A stretch of 64,000 nt of DNA from an uncultured Verrucomicrobiae bacterium (GTDB taxonomy: Bacteria; Verrucomicrobiota; Verrucomicrobiia; Chthoniobacterales; JAATET01): contig CAVRCI010000010.1 in the NCBI GenBank assembly GCA_963719495.1, positions 51,592 through 115,591 of the forward strand. Direction: 5' to 3'. Every line of letters begins with the position of its first letter. Positions within the stretch are counted from its first letter, which is position 1. Positions 58,756 through 64,000 of this stretch are shown here, piece by piece. The notes under the pieces were generated by a model. It worked only from the letters and a program-made list of their open reading frames with translations, did no database searches and was not told where the DNA came from. Position numbers and translations under genes: made by a program.

Positions 58756-61628
58756 GGTTTTGGACCCAGCTCCCCCACCGACCAGCGCCCGCCCGCGTCC
58801 CCACCCTCGTGCAACGCCACCTCGAACTTCCGGGACCCATCCGGCCCGGCGAGATCAAGTTTGAGAATTCCCTGCGATTGCACGAACCAGAAATCACCTT
58901 TCGCGTCCGCGTAGTCAAAATCTCTTAACGTCTCCAACCCGATCGTCGTCAGACTCCGCTTCACCGATCCCCAATCCGGCGACAGATTTTCCAGCAAATC
59001 GTCGAGCTTTCCGATTCGTAATTTCCCCGGTTCGGTCAGCGAAAACTTCCCGCGCACCCGGTCGATCGCCTTGCTGAACGCATCCACCTGCACCTCGAAA
59101 TCGACCGGCCCCGTGAGCGAAAAATTCTCCGGCGACAGAATGCCGGTCAGAGTTTTCGTATCCACCGCCGTCCCCGCCACCCACCCGATCCACGGCGAAT
59201 CCGTCTGAAAGAAAAAGCTGAACCCGCCGTTCACGTAACCCGCGTAAGCCTCCGCGCCGAACTCGCCGTTGATCCCCGTCTCGTCGAACGTCACCGCCAC
59301 CCACGCCTCGCCGGCCTCGTATTGCCGCCACTTGATCTCGTCGATGTCGAGTTTCTGCACGACGTTTTTCACGCCCGACTCCGGCGGGTAACTGAATTGC
59401 AAATCGCCCTCCACGTCCTGCAATTCGAGTTGGTAGGAATTGAAAACGTAACTCTGCTTCGGGATCCGCAGCGCCGCCTGCAACTTGAGCGCCGCCAGGT
59501 TGTCGAACTCGACGTTCTCCGCCAGCGTCTCGAATTCCAACGGCAACCCGACGTCCGACCGCCCCCCACTCCCGATCACCAGCGACCCGTATTTCACGTC
59601 CAGCCGGTCGATCCCCCACCCCGGTGCCGAAGGCGCAACCGTGTTGATTCGCTCGCTCCCGCTCGTCTCACCCTCCGGGCGACTTCGCAGAGCCAAAGCC
59701 GTCTGCCCCGAGCCGTCCCCGGCTCCGGTGCTCCCCTCTCCCCCTCCCGCCATCCCGCCCTCTTCACCACCCCCCGTCGCCGCCTCCATGTAGACGAAGA
59801 GATCCTGACTCAAAAAAATCGTCGGTCGCAGTATCACAACCTCCCGCACCCGCTGATTCGCCAGCCCACTCAGAGTGAACCGAACGAACACACTCCGCAG
59901 CGTCACAATCTTCGCCGCCGGGTCCAGCGGCGACCGAATCTCGAGATTCGCGAATTCCACCGTCTGCACCTCCTCCGCCAGCCCGTCACGAGCCGCTCCG
60001 ATCGCCACGTTTTTGAACGCCGAATTGATCGTAAAATCCACGTCCGTCACGTCGACCCGCTCGTCCTCGAGCTTCGTCCGCAAATTTTCCAAATTCAGCG
60101 CGCCGATCGTCCAAGGCTTATTGTCTTCACCTCCAGTCTCCCCCTCTTCCCCTCCCGCACTCTCGCCCTCTTCACCAAGCAATCCCCTCAACTGCTCCCC
60201 GATCGTCAGCTCCCCACCATCCACCGTCACGCTCGCCACCACTTTGTCCCGCATCAGTCCCGCCACCGAAAAGCCCACCTTCGCCAGATCCAGAGTGAGA
60301 AACGGCCCCACCGCCCCGTCCGTCCGAGCCAGCACGTCCCACACCGTTACCGCGTGCAGCGTCCCGATCACCTCCTCCGTCGTCCCCAAGTCTTTCAGAT
60401 CGAACGCCACCTTCGCCGACATCTCCGGAATTTTCCCACCCATCCCCACCAGCCGCACCTCCCCGTAATCCGAAAACAATCGACCGACCTTCCAAGTCGC
60501 CCACGTTCCCTCTTCCGCTCCGTCGTTCTTACCGGCATCCACCGACTCGGACTCTCCCGCAAACGCTCCCGGCCGTAATCTCACGCTGGGATTCCCCAAA
60601 CGAACCGACTTCACCTCCTGGTCCATCGCCCCCGCCACCGTGAACTCCGCCACCGCCCGGTTCGCCGTCACCAGCGCCTCCCCGTCCGCTCCCGCCACCC
60701 GCACCTTGCGCAGCTCCACCCGCTGCACGTCCGTCCCATTCCCCATCGCCACCTCCCGTAATTTCGCCGAAGCCAGGAACTCCGCCGGCCCCACGGCCAC
60801 CGAAAAATCCTCGAGATCCAGCGCACCCACCGACCAACCAGCCTTCGCGTCGCCCCCCTCCTCCGGGCTCGCCGCATCGCCATCGCCACCGCCCGCCTCC
60901 GGCACCATCGCCGCCCAATCACTCGGCAGCCGCAATTCCCCACCAGCCAGATCAAGGGACTCCACCCGCCGACCCGTAAACAACCCCGCCGTCGTGAACC
61001 CCACCACCGCCGCGTCCAACCGCAAAAACGGATCCGCGTCCCCCCGCCGCACCGCCACGTCCGAGATCGCCAATTCGTGCGGCACGTCGCCGGCATTGCC
61101 ACCGATTCCGAAATTCTTCCAATCCGCCGACAACTTCATCGTCACCGTCGGAGTCCGGTCGAAGAATGAAGCCACGGTCAGCGTCCCGTTCTCGATGACA
61201 ACGCGCCCGATCCCCCAAGCCGCCGCCGCTTCACCCGGCTCCCCCTCTCCCCCTCTCCCCCCATCTTCACCACCGATCCCCAGCGCCTTCCCCAACCCCG
61301 GCGACACCCGCAAGCTCGGATTCTTCAGCCGAACCTCCTCCAACCGCCAGCCGACCAAATCCGCAAACTGAAACCCGACCGATCCCCCATCCAACCTCAG
61401 CAACAACTCGTCTGTCGCCTTCGACCGCAGCTCCAGCTCCCGCACATCCAGTTCCGAGAACGACGCCGCCCGCAGCGACTTCATCCGCACGTCCACGCCC
61501 GGAAAAACCCGCTCCACCGCCCACTCCGCCACAAAATCCAGGTGCCACGTCGCGTAAACGAGCACCCCGACCACCACCAGCAGCCCCACCAAAGCCACCA
61601 CCAACAACCGCCAAACCCACCGCCTCAT
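58752..61628 (-). CDS. AsmA-like/YdbH family lipid-bridge protein
   Basis: N-terminal TM, long beta-rich body, C-terminal LETLRDFDY pattern; upstream of YnbE/YdbL. Confidence 0.7.
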   Translation of the reverse strand: MRRWVWRLLVVALVGLLVVVGVLVYATWHLDFVAEWAVERVFPGVDVRMKSLRAASFSELDVRELELRSKATDELLLRLDGGSVGFQFADLVGWRLEEVRLKNPSLRVSPGLGKALGIGGEDGGRGGEGEPGEAAAAWGIGRVVIENGTLTVASFFDRTPTVTMKLSADWKNFGIGGNAGDVPHELAISDVAVRRGDADPFLRLDAAVVGFTTAGLFTGRRVESLDLAGGELRLPSDWAAMVPEAGGGDGDAASPEEGGDAKAGWSVGALDLEDFSVAVGPAEFLASAKLREVAMGNGTDVQRVELRKVRVAGADGEALVTANRAVAEFTVAGAMDQEVKSVRLGNPSVRLRPGAFAGESESVDAGKNDGAEEGTWATWKVGRLFSDYGEVRLVGMGGKIPEMSAKVAFDLKDLGTTEEVIGTLHAVTVWDVLARTDGAVGPFLTLDLAKVGFSVAGLMRDKVVASVTVDGGELTIGEQLRGLLGEEGESAGGEEGETGGEDNKPWTIGALNLENLRTKLEDERVDVTDVDFTINSAFKNVAIGAARDGLAEEVQTVEFANLEIRSPLDPAAKIVTLRSVFVRFTLSGLANQRVREVVILRPTIFLSQDLFVYMEAATGGGEEGGMAGGGEGSTGAGDGSGQTALALRSRPEGETSGSERINTVAPSAPGWGIDRLDVKYGSLVIGSGGRSDVGLPLEFETLAENVEFDNLAALKLQAALRIPKQSYVFNSYQLELQDVEGDLQFSYPPESGVKNVVQKLDIDEIKWRQYEAGEAWVAVTFDETGINGEFGAEAYAGYVNGGFSFFFQTDSPWIGWVAGTAVDTKTLTGILSPENFSLTGPVDFEVQVDAFSKAIDRVRGKFSLTEPGKLRIGKLDDLLENLSPDWGSVKRSLTTIGLETLRDFDYADAKGDFWFVQSQGILKLDLAGPDGSRKFEVALHEGGDAGGRWSVGELGPKP

Positions 61629-61776
61629 AAAATCATGGGGATCGCACGCGTCCCCGCGTGCCAGCGGAGGCGTCCCGCCTCCGCATCAGGCAAATCGAGC
61701 GAAGCGAGAGAGCCATCCGCATCCCACCATTCACCATTCACCATTCACCATTCACCAGTCACCAATCCCGCCAAGC

Positions 61777-62565
61777 TCACCCCACCTGCCAATCCGGCTT
61801 GTTCTCCCAAACCCAGCGATAATACTCCGCCCGCTCCAACCCCGCCGCCGCCGCGTCGTCCACGAAGATCCGCGCCGCCGGGTGCATTTGCAAAATGGAC
61901 GCCGGGTTGTTCGCCGTCACCGCCCCCTCGACCGCTCCCGCGATCGCCGCCGCCTTCGCCTCGCCGAAGGCCAGCAACGCGATCACCCCCGCCTCCATGA
62001 TCGTTCCGATCCCCATCGTGATCACGTGGTGCGGCATCTCCTCCCCGTCCGCGAAGTAGCGCGCGTTATCGTCCCGCGTCCGCTGCGTCAGCGTCTTGAT
62101 CCGCGTCCGCGAAGCCAGCGACGACCCCGGCTCGTTGAACCCAATGTGCCCATCCGTCCCGATGCCGAGGATCTGGTAATCGATTCCCCCCGCCGCCTCG
62201 ATCATCTCCTCGAATCTCCGGCACTCCCGTTCGATCCCGCGCCCCTCGACCGCCCCGTCCGGGATGTGAACCCGCTCCGCGTCGACGTTCACGTGTTGGA
62301 AGAGATTCTCCCACATGAAGTGGTGATACGACCCCGCGTGATCCGCCGACAGCCCGACGTATTCGTCGAGATTGAACGTGCTCACCCGCGAAAAATCCAA
62401 CCCCTCCTCTCGGTGCAGAGTGATCAATTCCTCGTAAAGCGCCAGCGGCGTGCTCCCCGTCGCCAGGCCCAACACCGCGTCCGGCTTGCGCCGAATCAAC
62501 CCCGCAATCTGCCCCGCCACCAAAGCCGAAGCCGACCCCGAATTCTCACAAATAATCACTTCCAT
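61777..62565 (-). CDS. nagB: Glucosamine-6-phosphate deaminase
   Basis: VLGLATGSTP, TFNLDEYVGL, LGIGTDGHIGFNEPGSS, ITMGIGTI, PASILQMH. Confidence 0.96.
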   Translation of the reverse strand: MEVIICENSGSASALVAGQIAGLIRRKPDAVLGLATGSTPLALYEELITLHREEGLDFSRVSTFNLDEYVGLSADHAGSYHHFMWENLFQHVNVDAERVHIPDGAVEGRGIERECRRFEEMIEAAGGIDYQILGIGTDGHIGFNEPGSSLASRTRIKTLTQRTRDDNARYFADGEEMPHHVITMGIGTIMEAGVIALLAFGEAKAAAIAGAVEGAVTANNPASILQMHPAARIFVDDAAAAGLERAEYYRWVWENKPDWQVG

Positions 62566-62578
62566 AAATTAAATTAGA

Positions 62579-62659
62579 ACCGCGGATTTCGCAGATTTAC
62601 GCGGATAAATTTCTATCAACATCCCGGTATTATCCGCGTAAATCCGCGAAATCCGCGGT
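62579..62659. repeat. Nonamer inverted-repeat element (ACCGCGGATTT...AAATCCGCGGT)
   Basis: Three nonamer units per arm; related single arms at ~35456-35485 and ~56668-56689. Confidence 0.8.
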
Positions 62660-62675
62660 CGATCCCTCACCCGCA

Positions 62676-63512
62676 TTACAAAGCAGCTCTGAGTTTCCCC
62701 TCAACATCCGCCCGCAGCCGATCAATCATAGTCAGCGCAAAATCCACGACATCCCCCGTCTCCGCCCCGATCAGCGGCGTGAGATCCATCGCGTAAGCCA
62801 CCTCCGACATCCCATCGCCCGAGTGTGAATCCAACAGCGTCGCGTTCGCCCGCCGCCGCCCCGCCACCGCGAGGTCGTAACGCTTCCCCCCCGCAATCTG
62901 CGAATCGAACACCCCATTGAGCGCCGCCGCCAAGTGCCCCGCCCCCCCGCAATCCAACACCACCTTCTCCCCGTCGCTCAACCAATCCAGCGACCGCCAC
63001 ATCTCGCACCCCAGCAACCGCTCCGGCCGCGACTCCGGCGGCAACTCCCGGATTGCCGCCAGGACCGCGACCAGCACGTTGATGTGCGTTGCGTGCTTAT
63101 CCGCCGGATTGTGCGTGAGAACCACCCGCGCACCCGCCTCCCCCATCACCGAAACGAGATCCTCCACCAACCCGCTCCCGCCCGGTGGAGAGATCTCCGA
63201 GCTCGGATACCCCAATTGCGCCACAAACGAAAACCGCCCCATCCGAGCCGCTTGCCGCTGCTCCTCCATCCGAATCTCGCCCAACGCCACCGGATCGATC
63301 CCCGCATACGGCCCACGAGCCGAACTCCCCCGCCCATCCGTGCAGATCACCCCCCCAAACCACTCCGTCTCCGACCGAAAGCACTCCGCGATCCCCGAAA
63401 ACGCCATGAATTCCAAGTCATCCTGATGCGCCCCGATCCCGAGCTGAGTCGTCCGCTCCACCGGAGCACCGCCCGGCACAAAGACCTCCGCCGATTTCGA
63501 TCGAAAAACCAT
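62676..63512 (-). CDS. PIG-L/LmbE family deacetylase
   Basis: GIGAHQDDLE, TDGRG, R.EEQ.QAA, THNPADKHATH; upstream of nagB. Confidence 0.85.
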   Translation of the reverse strand: MVFRSKSAEVFVPGGAPVERTTQLGIGAHQDDLEFMAFSGIAECFRSETEWFGGVICTDGRGSSARGPYAGIDPVALGEIRMEEQRQAARMGRFSFVAQLGYPSSEISPPGGSGLVEDLVSVMGEAGARVVLTHNPADKHATHINVLVAVLAAIRELPPESRPERLLGCEMWRSLDWLSDGEKVVLDCGGAGHLAAALNGVFDSQIAGGKRYDLAVAGRRRANATLLDSHSGDGMSEVAYAMDLTPLIGAETGDVVDFALTMIDRLRADVEGKLRAAL

Positions 63513-63807
63513 CAAGACGCAACCGAACCGCCCAGCCCCGCGAAAAGCAAGCGGGATCGAGTCGGCGTGACGGGACAACGCCGATCAAGCTTCCCGCTCT
63601 TCACTCTCAGCGCGAAAGGCACATTGGCGAAGCGCCAAGAGCGCTCGTTGACGAATGTGACTTCGCTCCTTTTCAAGACGTGTCACGCCTCCATCCGACC
63701 AGCAATCATTCCCGCGGCGCAAGGTTTGCAAACCATCACCACTCAACGTCAAGTCAGCGAGCTTTTGAGAGGGCGCACGTTTGGCGGCAGGTTGGGGGCA
63801 CTTCCCC

Positions 63808-64000
63808 ATGAAAGTCCCCCATCCCGTCCGATCGTGGCAATCCGCGTTCACCCTCATTGAAATTCTCGCCGTCGTCGCGATCGTCGGCACGCTCGCCGCG
63901 CTGAGTTTTTCCATGCTGTCCGGGACCCGAGCTAAAGCCAATGACGTGGCCTGTTTATCGAACCTCAAACAGCTCGGGGTCGGCGTGCAACTCTACTTGG
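63808..64000 (+). CDS. Prepilin-type N-terminal cleavage/methylation domain protein (partial)
   Basis: MKVPHPVRSWQSAFTLIEILAVVAIVGTLAAL...ACLSNLKQLG, runs off the window. Confidence 0.85.
   Translation, partial: MKVPHPVRSWQSAFTLIEILAVVAIVGTLAALSFSMLSGTRAKANDVACLSNLKQLGVGVQLYL

Overview
High-GC (roughly 65-68% by eye) bacterial chromosome segment. It is probably Verrucomicrobiota, inferred from clpS-DUF2017, a DUF5069 gene, a prepilin-type ORF and the repeat families. Most of the window is housekeeping: phoH-HD phosphodiesterase-ybeY-clpS-recO, hupE/ureJ x2 opposite an OprB porin, ppk1, pabB, an MlaE/F/D-PqiC-type ABC system, rpsT, tRNA-Met(CAT), a hybrid PAS kinase, thrS, a GldA/F/G-DUF4340 ABC system (GldG frameshifted at a G7 run), pqqCDE, a TetR-RND pump, alkaline phosphatase, fpg, ydbH-ynbE/ydbL-tolC and nagB. 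Three things stand out. (1) A ~6.6 kb island (45652-52259) is bracketed by a duplicated 3' end of a DJ-1/PfpI gene. It carries six LuxR-type HTH genes or remnants, a non-canonical LuxI/FeeM-like acyltransferase, a Doc-type TA pair with a His->Gln active-site change and an IS3 element, but no integrase. (2) Intergenic palindromic repeats have inserted in frame into protein genes (thrS and ydbH), and heptamer repeats form gene termini. (3) There is a dense set of palindromic, heptamer/octamer and nonamer repeat families, including a pair of long hairpins with compensatory changes at 13.5-13.7 kb. All product calls come from motif recognition by eye; no database searches were run.
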